DNA of 57,615 nucleotides, counting the filler, from Sphacelaria rigidula (Eukaryota), in assembly GCA_964200075.2 (NCBI GenBank). It is 5 parts of 5 records of this genome, joined end to end, with 100 filler letters (N's around TTAATTAATTAA, not from the genome) between each part and the next. Parts side by side here need not be neighbours in the genome. Positions count along the whole stretch, not along the records: positions 1 to 11,444 come from CAXNAA020004915.1; positions 11,545 to 22,988 come from CAXNAA020004916.1; 3 more parts are not named here. One strand, 5' to 3'. The notes under the pieces are model-generated. The model had not been told where the DNA came from. It saw only the letters and a program-made list of their open reading frames with translations, and made no database searches. The position numbers were made by a program, and so were the translations under genes. Numbering within the stretch: position 1 is the stretch's first letter; the number at the start of each line of letters is the position of its first letter. Shown one piece after another: positions 1-12,807 of the stretch.

Positions 1-184
1 CGAAGCGCCGTGATGAGTCGGCAAGTCGCATGAAGGATGAACTGCATCCTGCTAAGATTGTTCGGCCCCACGCCTACTGATTATCTTGCATTTGGATGAC
101 AGCCTCCAATGAGTTGCTCTATTTTCTGGTATCCCCACTTCCGGAGGCAGCGACGTGTTACACACTGCCGCATGGGTGTCTCAC

Positions 185-432
185 CATGTAAATACTACGT
201 AGTATGATCACCTACCCCCTTTTGCGCGAACTTGAGGTTATCCCACTCCTTTACAACATGATCTAGCTCGACCACCATTACATCATGGCGTCATCGCCCA
301 CTACAAGAAAATATTCAAGCACGCGCAAAACAAACGGTAACCGGGTTGCCTAGCTTACGTAGTGAGTGGCATGTGTTACAGCGTTATTGCCAACCGACCC
401 CAACCCCATAGGAGTACTCATGGGGAGGGGGG
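185..432 (+). repeat. Dispersed repeat copy (homologue at ~17240-17460, opposite strand)
   Basis: Collinear shared blocks (cctttgcgcg..ttgaggtt, gatctagct, gcctagct, ccaaccga..ccaacc.catagg, terminal G run) with the reverse complement of 17240-17460. Confidence 0.6.
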
Positions 433-2430
433 TGACGTGGTGTCTACTACCACGCAAACATCCCCACACGTGGCAGTCGAACTCCTATCACCTGTTCGCG
501 ATCTTTTTTCCTTCCTACTTTATCTTCGAAGCTTGAGTTTTCGTGGAAGACGAGCTGCTGCAGGGGTTACATTAGTGCTTTAGCTGTCGAGTCTAAGTTG
601 GAGCTCATTCTTGCTCGTTGTTCGATAGCGTGTTACCTCAAGGGAAATTCTGGGCGATCTTAGCTAGCTGCCGAACTCATCTTGGAAACGTCCGGTGGAT
701 GTCGTGTTGGGGAATGTTGGGGTCGACGAACCCTAGGGGCGTGATATCCTCGTTATTGTTTTGTTTTTTCTATCCAGGAAGCATGCGTTTGTCCTCATCG
801 ACCCAAAAGCGATTTCTTCATGACACGGTTTTTCAGCGCGGGGAAAGTAAGAGTGTGTGAATGTGTGCGTCGTTTTTCGCACTGCCGCAGCTTAGAACGG
901 TGAGTGATGATAAGGACGCCGACGCAAGTAGGGATCTTTTCGTCATCTCTTATCCTAGCATTATAATCTCCTTGATTGTGTGGATACTACGACATGCAAG
1001 AGATGAATTCCTGCAAATGTCTGCCGAGGTCTCATAACCTATAATGCGTCGACGGTACCATGAGATGACTGTATGCTGATTGCAGCAGACTCCCAGTTCG
1101 AATCCTGATCTTCTTCAGCGACAACAAAAAAACCCGGCAGAGTTGGAGGGCAAGAGAGGGCGTGAAATTGGTTATGGACGAGAAAACGGGTGGGTGAGGA
1201 GCAAGGAGAGGTCACAATTTTCACGGCAAAGACTTCTACGGAGATCGTTGGCTAAGCGACCCAACAAACGCGAGTGACGGGCTACAAGACGGCGCCCAAG
1301 TATCCTGACCTCTAGCCGGCGACGTAGGAAATTTGTACAATGCCCCTCTCGTCAAAGAACGCTCGACAAAGCTCATAAAGGGGGGGTGAGGGGCGGGGTG
1401 ATATACGGATACGGGCATGTATGCGGGAGATTTCCCAGTTAATCATCGTTTCCTCTTTCATTTACGCGTGTGCTGCAGTCATACCCCACTCCGAGAGAGA
1501 GCTGCTAACGCAAATAGTAGCCAAGACAAATGTAGGAGCCGTTTCGCGGGACGTGAAAGCAGTCGAAGAAATCATTTTCTTTGGTTCACTGTTTGTACCT
1601 CCGCGCGTTGGAAACTGTTGCGAACTGCCTTCGCCATTTTGCCACCGCAGGTCGCTTCTCCCAGGAATGTAGTTGTTTTTTTCGGGGATACATGAGTTCC
1701 GGCACGTTTGATATTGTTCGTAACTGCAATAGAAAATATCGCAACCGCAAGTCGTGTACACTATGCGCCATGTCACTGAGAGAAAACTGTCCCAAAAAAT
1801 ATCCCGATTCGCTGGACCCCTAGGTTTTGCAGATGGCAACCAACGTGTCGAAAATCCAACTGATCACGAAAAAATGGAGTGTCTGTCGTGACACTTGTCA
1901 TAGTTCCACAAGGTCTTCACATTTTTAGGATTCCAATTTGATTTTTGGTGTTTGTCAGTACTTGGAACCTGGTGGAGCAGAAAGGTGGACCACGCGCCTC
2001 TGGGTGAGGCAACGCGTGAAAGTGTCTGAGACGTGGAGTGGCGATGTTCCCTGGTTTGAGGCCAAGAGCGATACCAACACTCGAACATCCCCATGAAATG
2101 TCGCATCCCGTCAAGAAGCCGGCATACTAAGATACGCAATGATTAGAATCAGCTCCTTGTAGTTCGCGATTGTTGAAAACTCGTTGTTTGTCGTTCTCGC
2201 TTGCAATTGCTTTTTCGAAAGATACGCTCGACAGTACCATATACAGTACCTCGATTTTCAGTTTTTGGCTTTTTTGAATTTTACTCGTTTTCGTTCTCTC
2301 TCTGCTGTTGAATTGCGTCTGTCGCTCCTTGACCATCGTTTTCATTTCTCTCATTTCGTGATCATCCAGGGGAAAACCCTCGGACGGAGGGAAGGCCAAA
2401 GCGGACGGACAAGGCGGCTTCCACAATCCC

Positions 2431-5400
2431 ATGGCGGCTCTGCGCGCGGCACAAAAATCGCAACGCGGGGGAGGCGCAGGAGGGGCAGGGAGTCTGCCCA
2501 GCGAAGGAGCGCACCCCCTCAGCACTAGCACCACAAGCAACAGAACCTCGTCGTTGATACCTTCTTTGAATGGAAATACTCTACCTGTTAGCACCTCATT
2601 AATGCCGTCCAAGTTACCTGGCCAAGATCCGACCGGCGGCGACGACGGGATGGGCGAGGGTACAGTGGAAAAAACTGGCGTCGCCGCCACGGGAGTCGTT
2701 GGTGGCAGCGCGATAGCGGGCATGCCCGCGTGGATGAGGTCCAAGGGGCGATCGTCGGCTCTGCGCAGTCCTCCGTTGGGTCGGCGTGGGCTAGGTCAGG
2801 TGGGCGGTGGGAGGCGGGGGCCATCCCCGGTTTTGATCCCCTCACAGAGTGTTGGTGTGACGCCGCCGAAGAGCGTGTCTCCGCTCCATGAAAACGCTGG
2901 CGGGACTCATAAAGCTTCCGCTACCGGTGGCGTCAGCGAAAGGGGTGGCGGCGATAGCGGTGAGCCCCCTTCATCTCTCTCGCAGAAAGAACGTGCAGAG
3001 TCTTCGGGTACTGTGTCAGCAGCGTCAGCAACAGTGAAGAGTGTTCTTCCCACGGGACGGGAAGAATTAGGGAGTATTACCGCTGGCGGTCGATCGGACG
3101 AAAATCAGCAGGAGGCCGTGGTGGACAATCCGGAACGTCGCCTTGACGCTGCCGGCAGCGGCGGCGGGGTTCTTCATCCCGATGTCGCGAGACCCAAGTC
3201 GTCGGCATCAGCGGTGATGACTTTGGAAGGGTCCAAGGTTACCGCTGCGCATGATACTGTAAACGGTGACCGTGCCGCCGGTGCCTCTGGTGGTTTCGTC
3301 AGTGCCGAATCGGCGGTTGAAGCATCGGCAAAGGTCGCCGACAGCAGTGACAACCCTGCCGCTGATGCTGGAGGCAGATTATCAGTGGCCATCGTTGCTA
3401 CTAGTCATATGGAGGCACCCGTTGTTACGGGTATCGATGTCACATCACCCGCCGGGGCAGGGTTGTCGGTGGTGGCTGCTACCGCGACGGCCGCTGAAGC
3501 AACGACCGGAGACGGCCGCGCCAAACCCCGAAAAAATCATGTCCCGATAAAGTGTGCGGAAGATGCTCTGAAATCAGCACCTTCTGATGCGACTCCGGGT
3601 TCTCCTCAAGAGCGTATGGCGGCCAAGATACATTCGATGGTGCAAGAGCAGCCCAGTCCGGGGATGGAAGGCGGTTTACTGGAGCATCTTGGAGACGCAC
3701 CGGTAAGATTAGCGTCGTCGGTGACGCCCTTTTCATATCAGTGCTCCTGAGCTGTTTCATTGTGCATTTCGTACCTTCCGATGGTGGCATGAGTTCTTCA
3801 CTTGTTTCGTTCGTGTTGCGTCGTGGTTAGACGCCGGGAAATTGTTCAGCTAGCCAGCAGGCAGTACGCTATTGCGTGTGTCATCATTTCAACAGAACTA
3901 GCCTTGAGAGGTCTCCCTCCTAGTGTGCCCCCGTGCCGCGGACGATACGTTGTACACGCCGCGGCTTTGCCGTTCCCCCGTACGCTACTCTTGCACTGGG
4001 TTGAGATCCCTCCTGGGCCCCGACATTGGTGTATCTCCTCACGTTCGACGTCTTACCATTTCTCTCTCGCTCCATCCCGATCCGTCCTGCCACCGGAACA
4101 CTGTACTCAGACGGAAGAAGTACCGCGAAGACCGGCGCCCACTCAAGGACCCTTGGCGGCTCTGGGCCGATTCCTATTCGGAGGACCTAACCCACCCCCG
4201 GCGCGTTTCACACCGCCCCAGAGGCCGGCATCTTTTTCAACTCTTCCCAAGGTTTCCCCAACCGAGCTGTCGCGGGCATCGTCTTTTCACACAGCCCCAA
4301 CACAACAGCAGAACACTCCGTCGATATCATCGGTAGTATCGGTACCGGGGGAAGCGGCGGCGACATCGCAAGCGAAGACTGAGTCTACATTGACTGAGCA
4401 ACCGCAGGAGGATGCCAACGGAGGAACAACAGACAAGGCGCCAGGTATGGATGTCTCGATGAGCCTAGCCGACCGGTTCGAACGAGTGGAGGTGAAGGAG
4501 GCGGCGGACTCGGCGGCGGCGGGGCCTGGCGGGCTGGTGACGTCTGGCACTGACGAATGTAGCTCAGGTGGAGGGCCCCCGCCTACGGCCGCGGTATTTG
4601 CAAGTTCAGGGCAAGACGAACATGCTTCAGGCCATGAGAACATGCTGAAGGAGGGCAGAGGACCAGACAACGAGACGGAGAATTCCGCCGATATTAGCCC
4701 TGCCGCGGGGCTCGGATTCATCTTCGTGCCAGACGAACGTGACGGCGGAGAAAAATCGGAGGGGTTCGGTACGCGGGCGGGTGGTAGCGTAAATGGTGCT
4801 TTGGTCGGCGGCGTGCCCCTGTCGGTCGGAGGTCCCCCAGCGGCAGAGGCCGCGGAATCGTCGGGGGAAACGGCGTCGTCTAATTGTAAGTCTCGGGTTG
4901 CGGCTACAGAGGGTGTCGCTGAGACGACGGTAATTGCGTCGGCAGCGGGCGTCTGCTTGTCAGAAAACAGTCCTTCTGTTTCCGCGTCTGCACCTGCACC
5001 TGTATCTGTATCTCCAGCAGCAGTGGCAACAGAAGCAGCAATAGAACCGGGAAAAGGAGAAGCTACTGCCGCCGCCGCGAGGGTTTCTGGAGACGTGAAT
5101 GCAGTTCACGATAAGGATAGAGATGTGGCTGGTGATGCCCTTGCAGATGTCTCGGACGATATTAGCGATGCTATCGCTGGCGACGGCTCGGATGCAGTCA
5201 TGACGGAGAGTAGTCAAGGTTCCGGGGATGATGTTGTTGGGAGGCAGGTGGTGGACAACGAGATATCAGATGACAAGAATGCGAAGGAGGACGTTGCTAT
5301 CGTGTTGCCGGAGGCTCAGGCGGTTCTGACCGCCCATAGGGACGACCTTGACGAAGACATCACGGGTTGTGGTGTTGCGTGTAGCGACCAGCAGGTTCCC

Positions 5401-7607
5401 ACAGTGGACAGGGACGTGAGAATAGCTGACAAAGTCGCGATTCCATCACCCGGTTCCCCCTCTTGTCGTAGCACCCCCGGAACCTCGCAACAACAGTTCT
5501 TGGGCGTTGTGGGGCACAACATACCGTCTCTGACGTCGACGCTGCAGCCGAACGAGGGCTTAACCGAACCTTCTTCGTCACCGGCTTTGGATTTGGTGTC
5601 GGGGGTGGAGATTGGTTCGTCCTCCCCTCGTGTCCCTTCTTCGCCGTCGTCGTGTGCTAGCCTCACGTTAGAGGTGACCGCCGATGAACCGACCGGGGAA
5701 GCACGGCCGTCGGTATCCTCGAAAGACACGCATCAGGCGGCGCAAACGACGACGGTCGCTAATAACCGCAGCAGCAGTACAGCCGACAATGACGTCCCTG
5801 TGTTACCCGTAAGTACAGAAACCGTTACATCATCAACGACATCGAAAACCGTCGGTGGTATGAGTGTGGCTAAGTCTCTGGCCAGGTCTTTCATGGCAGG
5901 GGAGAGGCGACACTCGTCGTCGGCGAGGAGGAGCAGTAGTGGCGGCGCCAGTGCTATGTTCTTCAAGTCGCGGTCTCCCGCAAATTCCAAGACAAGGAGG
6001 GATTCGGAGTCCGCGCCGGTGTTATCGCGCACGGCGGAGTTGTTGTCTGGCGAGAGGAAGGGCGGATTGGCAGCCCTCGAAGAGCAGGTAAAGGCCGAAG
6101 TAGCGCGCTAGTCGGGGGGGAGGGGTAGCTTGTAAGTTCGTTCCGAGAATGAGTCGATCTGTATATGGTGAGTCAAGGGTCAGGCAGGTCGATGAGAATT
6201 TGAAATAGACAAACTGTTTTCCAGGCGGCAGCCGGGTATCTCGTGTGTCGTCAAGTTGAGTCAGTTTTCCTGGTGGTTGGCTCGCGCGCAAAGAGAAGAA
6301 AGAGAGTAGGAATCGTCGTCAGCGAACCCGAGGAGTACTCAGCACGTCGATTTTCTGTTCGATCACAAAGCTCGTTTCGCTTCGTCGTTTGGTTCGGGTT
6401 GATGTCGTGCACGATCACGAAGGGAGCGGTGGATAAGGCTGCGCGACAAGCACAGTTGGAAAAAAGTATTCAGCGGAGAAAAGCAGAGCTCCGCCGCCGA
6501 CCTGGTATCTTCGAGGCGTTGCGTCAGGTACGAACATGTACGCGGTAGTGTGCACAGTATGTATACGGGATCCAGATGGGGATATGCGATGAGAAGAGCA
6601 CGCCTATCTTCGTGCAGCATTGCAAGTTAATTCCCGAGCATCATTGTTCGTTGTACATTTTACTCGTCGTCACCCGAATGTTGTTCAGGGCCTGCTCGTG
6701 AAAGCGGGGGGGTACGAGTGTAGTGTAGTGTTCTTGTCGTCGGAGCTGTTGGTGAGCACCATGCGCTTCCCTCCCCCTTTTTTTGCAAAGCTGTATTCAA
6801 AAGCAGGACGCGGTCGTGAGTCCCGTGGAATCCACTGAATGGTTTTTCACCCTCCGCCGAGACACTCGAAGTTCGACCGTGTAATGGTTTCTGCGTTATA
6901 CCTTGAAAGATGGAAGACCTAGTATTTCTCGAATATCTGGAATGTTACTGTCGAATTCTCTCTAGGGCTACCCACTATACCCCCTGCTCCCAATGACTTC
7001 TTCAAGCTATCTCCTTGACACTCTGTCCCATGCTTGATTTGCCTGCCACTCGGCCGTAATGTGCAACGCTTTTTCGCAGCGGAGTGCGGGAAACACGAGT
7101 ACCACCGCCGACGGTAAAACAGCCCGCAGCAGCAGACGGAGTAGAAAAGAAGAGGACCGCCTCTCGATCCGGCGGACGACCCCTACCTCATCTTCCCTCC
7201 CCAAACTCTCTACAACCCTGTCTAGCTCTTCGCTCCCAGACGAAGATTCCCGGGACAAAGACCGTTCTGCAAGTGCGGATGAACATTACAGCACTGCGGA
7301 GGACCAATCTGGTAGTGCAGAGGAATGTTCAGGCAACGGCGACGCCGGTCGCGAGGGAGAGTATGAACCTGAGCAGCCGAGAATTGAAACCGCCCTTAGA
7401 AGTAAAGTGGTTTCGAATAGTGGCTACGGTGACGACATTGAGGAAAGGGCGGGGGACATCTCGGGTGTGAAGGGCGTGGTTTGTGGAGCTGAGGTTGATG
7501 GCGATTATCAGGAGGATAGTGGGGAAAGTAGTGAAGATGATTTTTGGTCAAGGTATGGTGTTGTAGACGCTGCGGCTCTTGACGATACAGCGGAGATTGA
7601 AATTTGA
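2431..7607 (+). CDS. Hypothetical, largely disordered Ser/Ala/Gly/acidic-rich protein, ~1293 aa, 4 exons (2431-3702, 4111-6087, 6423-6527, 7080-7607)
   Basis: Long ORFs 2431-3750, 3802-6111 and 7059-7607 join in frame through GT-AG phase-0 introns (CCG|gtaaga...tcag|ACG; CAG|gtaaag...gaag|GGA; CAG|gtacga...gcag|CGG). TGA at 7605-7607. No recognisable domain; exon 3 looks like a short basic helix or coiled coil. Confidence 0.8.
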
Positions 7608-10107
7608 ACGGATTGAAAAAATAATGATCGTCTTTCCCTTCGTTTTCTCCGTTTTTGAGGTGACATGGTCCATTTTTTTGCCGCCATGGTTAATCATTTG
7701 TTTTCGTTGTCATCTGTTTCTCCCGTTTTTCTTCCACCCGGGCAGCTGGCTGGTAACCGTCCGTTTATTCGGTGTTGCTTTCTTGCGTGTGCTCTGTGTT
7801 GAAATCAAAATGGTACATGTATAGTGCAGTACTTGTTGACCAGGAGCTGTATCTTTGGGTATACTTTGGGGGTGGTGTCAGATATGAGTACGCGGTGGAT
7901 AGCGGTTGGGATAATGTCGGGAGTGTTGCGGCGCGGCTCGTGCAGTTTCCGTCCATATGGACAGTGTCTCTACTTTTGTTCATTTTTTACGAGGGAGGGG
8001 ATTGTTATGGGGGGGTCAATTCCGTTGTAAATGCGATTGAATCACGTCTTCACTGATTTTTGTCCTTCACATCTTTTCGATTCGGCGTCAAATAGTAGTC
8101 TGGATATGTGGTGTACGTTTGACGCTTGGCAGGTCCTACGCAAATAGAGATGGACTTGTATTTTATGAGGCATACTGCACGTTTCTCCTCTTCGTAGCAA
8201 GAGCAGTCGGCTCTTGCGGCGAGTATCGTGCTTGATCCAACACACATACATACACCATTCTGGATAGTGTCGAGAAGAGACGCTCATCGTGATTCCGCTC
8301 CTGGGCCAATCCGATTTCCTGAGTAACCTATGTGCCGCGTTGTTTTTCTGTTCGTACACTGCTGCTGTACATAGTTCCGTGTGTCGTGTTTCCGCTATTT
8401 TTGCCGCCGCACGGTAGCTTCATCTTTCGTTTTTCTACACCATGAAGTCGGTCCGTCCTATAGTGAGTGCCGAACCCGCGTCTACTTGCTATCCCTCAAC
8501 TTTGGCCTCTCTTGATATGCATGCTGTTTCCATCATTCCTGATGATCCTCTGTTGTAGAGCACACGTTCCTGCGTGGCATCGTTTACGGTGAAGGAGGCA
8601 GGAGAGCGGACGTATCCCGTTGCCAAATAGGTGAAAGGGGGGGGGGAGGTGAGACGTGTGTGCTTGAAGACCTGAACAAAAAATTGTACAACTAGTTGAG
8701 GGTTTCGAGATGTTGGCGTTTCCGTCGTGCAACATACGTGGGAGTATTGTAAGTTTAATTAAGTGATTTGAATACAGTCGACTTTTTTTCGTTTTGGGTA
8801 TTAATTTTGTGGTTGCGCTTTTGCATTTTTTTATTCCTTTTTTTTGTCTTTTTTTGTTTTGTTTAACTTCGGTTATTTCCCGTCGTTTTTCGCTGCTACG
8901 GCGCGCGGGTGATTCCGTCGGGGAAACGCGCTGGTCGTGAATTGTGTCGTGTCCATGTGTTGCTGTATTGTGCTTGTTTCCTTTCTTTTGTTCTCCCTTG
9001 ACTCGTTCATTCAGGGTCAGTTGTTGTCCCTCTAATTTCGCAAGTATGCGTGCGTTTTGTGTACAGTATAGTACGAAGAAGCAGTCCTGACGTCTTTCCA
9101 GAGTTTTATCGTAACTGCATGTAGTGGACTTATTTAGCCGCGACTACCCCGACTACAGAAGGATTGGCTGTATCGGGAGGGAAACGGCCGGTATGGGGTG
9201 GGGCGGGGGCTCGCGTGCACGGTTTTGAGATGAGCGAGTGAGGGCAATACCCTTTTAAGTGTTTCGCCTGCTTCAGTTCATGGGCGAAGCCGTACAAGTT
9301 TCCCTCACGACTGTAATGACGACTACACTTCATCATTCAGGCCTCCACTATTTGATTATTATTTTTCTTTAAACCTCTTTTTGCCCTCTCAATTCTGAGC
9401 TCGTTTCTCGTTTAAATGTTTTTCTCCTGGTTTACCGTCCCCCCCCCTCCTCCCCCCCCTCTGCGCGTGTCAATGGTCTGATGACTATGGCAAGCATGAT
9501 CATGAGTACACCCCCCCTCTGCGCGTGTCATGTCGATGATACGTGATGCTGCTTCTCAATGATGGTTGTGTTGTTGGACTATGTATGAACTTGGTCGCTG
9601 CTGTCTCGCGTGTATGCGAGAAGCGCACAACAAACTTTCGCTTCGAGATATCCTACGGCGGCTAGAGAGGCAGGCTGACCATTTTTTGTTGTGCTTGTGT
9701 CTGGTATGGGAGGTTTTGTGCCCAATGGGTCTTGCTGAACGCGGGAGAGTGGTCGTGTGGGCGGAGCGACTATGTAGGGTGGTGGTGGTCATGGTGTGGT
9801 GATGTGGTTTGTTCGGAGAAGCGGCGAGCGGGGGGTGGCGGTAAAGCCGGGAGGGGGGGGGGGGAAGGGGGGGGGAGGAATAGAGCCAGCTTGTTCCATG
9901 TTTGCATAAGCGACTTATTTCATGTGTGCGATTTTTTTGTCGAGTTGGGTATTATTCTCGAATATTTCCCCATATAACTCGTTGTCAGGTTCGGAGAGTC
10001 CGTTCTCCTCGTTGTTGTGCTGTGAGCAGACTAACAATGCGAGCTGAAAACGGTGACTCTTGTTTGAAAAAGCGCTTCAAGAAGCAAGTATATGACCGCG
10101 CTTGTTA

Positions 10108-10356
10108 CGATAGCCCCCCCCCCCCGATAAAATAATAATGGCTGGTTTGGGGAGGCAAAATCTACTCGAACGGTGGATCGAAATGAAGAAAGCCAAGCAC
10201 AACGAGCAGCTGGGAATTCCCGCGCTTGGGTTCGTTTCCACCAATGTTGCCCATATGAGGCGCTTCTTGCAGCCTTAAACCAAACATCAAGCGCTGTATA
10301 ACCATTTTCGTCGTGACAGTTTTGGGCTGGTTTTGATGGGGGGGGGGGGGGTATCG
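10108..10356 (-). mobile_element. ~250-bp MITE with CGATA(G)CCCCC...GGGGG(C)TATCG termini and TA target duplication (Tc1/mariner-like)
   Basis: TA at 10106-10107 and 10357-10358 flanks inverted termini. Body homologous to copies at 10615-10811, 26656-26876 and 34244-34455. Confidence 0.75.
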
Positions 10357-10614
10357 TATAAAGACTCCATTATGAGCTCTTCACTTGAGATAGATCGAGC
10401 AGCGATGTCACTACGCAATAACTCAATACCCGGATGCGCGCCAATTTTGTGCATGGGGCCAGCGGCGCTGGAACGTCCTATTGGCAACTCGGCGAACAGC
10501 TGGTACGTGCAAAGGTGCAAGTGGGACACGTCAGTATCACCAGAGGTGCCGTGGCACATCCTTCTGGCATCTGCGCAGGTACCACTCACGAGTGATACCG
10601 CGATGGCCGCCTTC

Positions 10615-10811
10615 CGAACTGTCACGGAGAAAATGCTCATACAGCGCATGATAGCTGGTTTCAGACTACATGAAGCGCCTCATACCGGTGACGTTGGCGA
10701 ACACGATTTCAAGCGTGTGAGTTCCCAGCTGCTCGTTGTGCTCGGCTTTTGTCGTTTTGATATGTACTTCTGCCTCCTCAAACCAGCCACCTTTTTGGGG
10801 GGGAGCTATCG
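10615..10811 (+). mobile_element. Truncated copy of the same MITE, inverted relative to 10108-10356
   Basis: aactgtcacg...catacagcgc...gaagcgcctcata...cagctgctcgttgtgctcggc...aaaccagcca...gctatcg is the reverse complement of the 10108 copy. Confidence 0.7.
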
Positions 10812-11444
10812 CGGCATTAGTGTAACCCTCAACCTAAATGAACACTAACCCTAACCCTTGGGCTGTCAGGCCAGCTCAACACGTCACGTTTCCCTCCAGC
10901 TGCCCCATTTTCCAACTAACGAAGTGCCAGGGGGATGACACGACCCACTAGTACACGTCAGCTTCCATGGCACGATCCACTTGCACGTCCAACGTACCAC
11001 TACCACAATGCACTGTGGTGAATCATTGTCAGTGGATTAAAGTGTCGGTTCCTGCGACGAGTACGTATTGAAGCTAAATGAAGCGGCAGAGTGGTCCTCG
11101 GTGGTGGGTCTAGCACAAGCTTATGATCTCCAGTCTTTCGAGTGTGTGCTTGGATGACGAATTGGCAAAAACGGACAAGATTCAAAAAGTAAGTGAGGTA
11201 ACAATTCGCGATGCTTCACGTCGACGGCGGAGTAACCCGCGCTTGACAATTTCATGCGTACAAACTCAAGTTATAATAAAATATATCTCGCAGCAGCAGA
11301 GTTAGGATCGTTTCCCGTCTTTTCTGTATACTACATACGGCCTTTAATCAACCGCACAAGAGGAGCAGCAACGAGTGTGTTGTCGTCCCATTTATTCTGG
11401 GCACCAGTCTACACCTTTCGGTGTATGTGGGTGCATCAGCCGGG

Positions 11445-11544
11445 NNNNNNNNNNNNNNNNNNNNNNNNNNNNNNNNNNNNNNNNNNNNTTAATTAATTAA
11501 NNNNNNNNNNNNNNNNNNNNNNNNNNNNNNNNNNNNNNNNNNNN
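11445..11544. other. Artificial contig spacer (44 N + TTAATTAATTAA + 44 N)
   Basis: The same 100-nt spacer occurs four times. The 12-mer places stop codons in all six frames. Confidence 0.97.
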
Positions 11545-11619
11545 GCTCCGGGAGTCGAACCCCCCTACTCAACCATCAGAAGGTTACGAGGTTACCAACT
11601 TAGCCACCGGGGCGACCGA
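11545..11619 (-). mobile_element. tRNA-derived SINE head at contig end
   Basis: Minus strand reads GTCGCCCCGGTGGCTAAGTTGGTAACCTCG...GGTTCGACTCCCGG, with A-box and B-box-like motifs. A closely similar head is at 57000-57070. No good acceptor stem. Confidence 0.7.
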
Positions 11620-12046
11620 CTCGTTGTGTACAAACAGAAATATGGGGCGTGGAGGTACACGGAAAAAATGTAACGGGTGGGGGTGTGTGGGAGGCCTCTT
11701 TACCAACTGGTCGGAAAAAATGGTTGACGCACTATGGAGATGCCGCCAACCCTAACGCTAACTTTAACCCTAACCCCGACCAAGGCATACCGAGAACACT
11801 CGGGCAAGGGGGTGCAGAGTATTCCCTGGTCAAAGTGTGCGTTGCCAGAGCTCAAATCGACGCCTTCAGCCGATTTTGGAACAAAACACGTTCTGGACAA
11901 GCTGGGTCTACTGCTCACCACTGCTCACCTGTATCTGTTGGTGGTTTCATCCATCGCCCCTNNNNNNNNNCCCGACTAACACTAAAACGAGTATGTTTTA
12001 ATTTCAAGCATTTTTTTCGACCAGTTGGTAACGTCTGTTGGTGCGT

Positions 12047-12807
12047 GGTGTGCGAGCGGTCAAACATTCATATTCTGAAAATTTTAGAGCTGTGAAAGGT
12101 TCCGCACACTGCAGAACTGCTTCATATCTTGTGTTCAGTGTGCTACTCTGCACATCATATACCACTGCAGAGTTGTCTTGTGCTGAGTGTACATGATCCG
12201 ACTGTGTAGTACGGACGCGAGACGAACCATTTTCGACCAGCCCCATTGACCATCTTCGAATCCCCGTCCCAATAGGGTCAGCACATACTTTGCCACATGC
12301 ACCTGAAATGTTCGGCCTTCATCATTCTATCATCTATCAACTTCGAGAGTCTCTCGATGATGAACATCTCGAACGCATGTACAAACCCCCTTCGCATGAC
12401 TCTGAACGTCTATTTCAAAAGTGATCGCACAGTTCAAGGGAAACGGTAAGCACGTAGGAGACGCAACGAAAAAAATGAGTGTATACAGCAGCTTTTCCAG
12501 CAACATGATCCGACTGTGTGTAGTACGGACGCGAGATAAATCATTTTTGACCAGCCCCATTGATCGCCATTGATCGTCTTGTTCACGGAGTGGTATATAT
12601 GGGGGGTGTATATATGGGGGGTGGGGGTACGCGTGAAAAAATGCAACGGGTGGGGGGGTGTGGTGTGCGAGCGGTCAAACATACATATTCTGAAAATTTT
12701 ATTGCTGTGAGAGGTTCCGCACACTGCAGAACTGCTTTATATCTTGTGTTCAGTGTACTACTCTGCACATCATATACCACTGCAGAGTTGTGTTGTCCTG
12801 AGTGTAC
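12047..12807 (+). repeat. Rearranged local duplication: block A (12047-12191 / 12662-12807) and block B (12190-12249 / 12502-12563)
   Basis: Near-identical text ggtgtgcgagcggtcaaacat...gagtgtac and acatgatccgactgtg...ccagccccattga each occurs twice, in order A-B...B-A. Confidence 0.8.

Noticed and set aside
422-825. Polypurine tract followed by TG...CA, suggesting a 3' LTR
   Set aside because: The G run is also the end of the homologous repeat at ~17240, the inverted termini are poor, and there is no pol sequence upstream.
9478-9484. CTGATGA hammerhead core within the short dispersed repeat
   Set aside because: Not conserved in the other copies, and there is no properly placed GAAA or stems.
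11489-11500. TTAATTAATTAA palindrome recurring every ~11.5 kb
   Set aside because: Synthetic six-frame stop linker, not biological.
11375-11619. Single SINE spanning the first gap
   Set aside because: The two halves are on different contigs, and contigs commonly break in abundant repeats.
11545-11619. Functional tRNA gene
   Set aside because: No proper acceptor-stem pairing, and diverged copies are attached to a SINE body.
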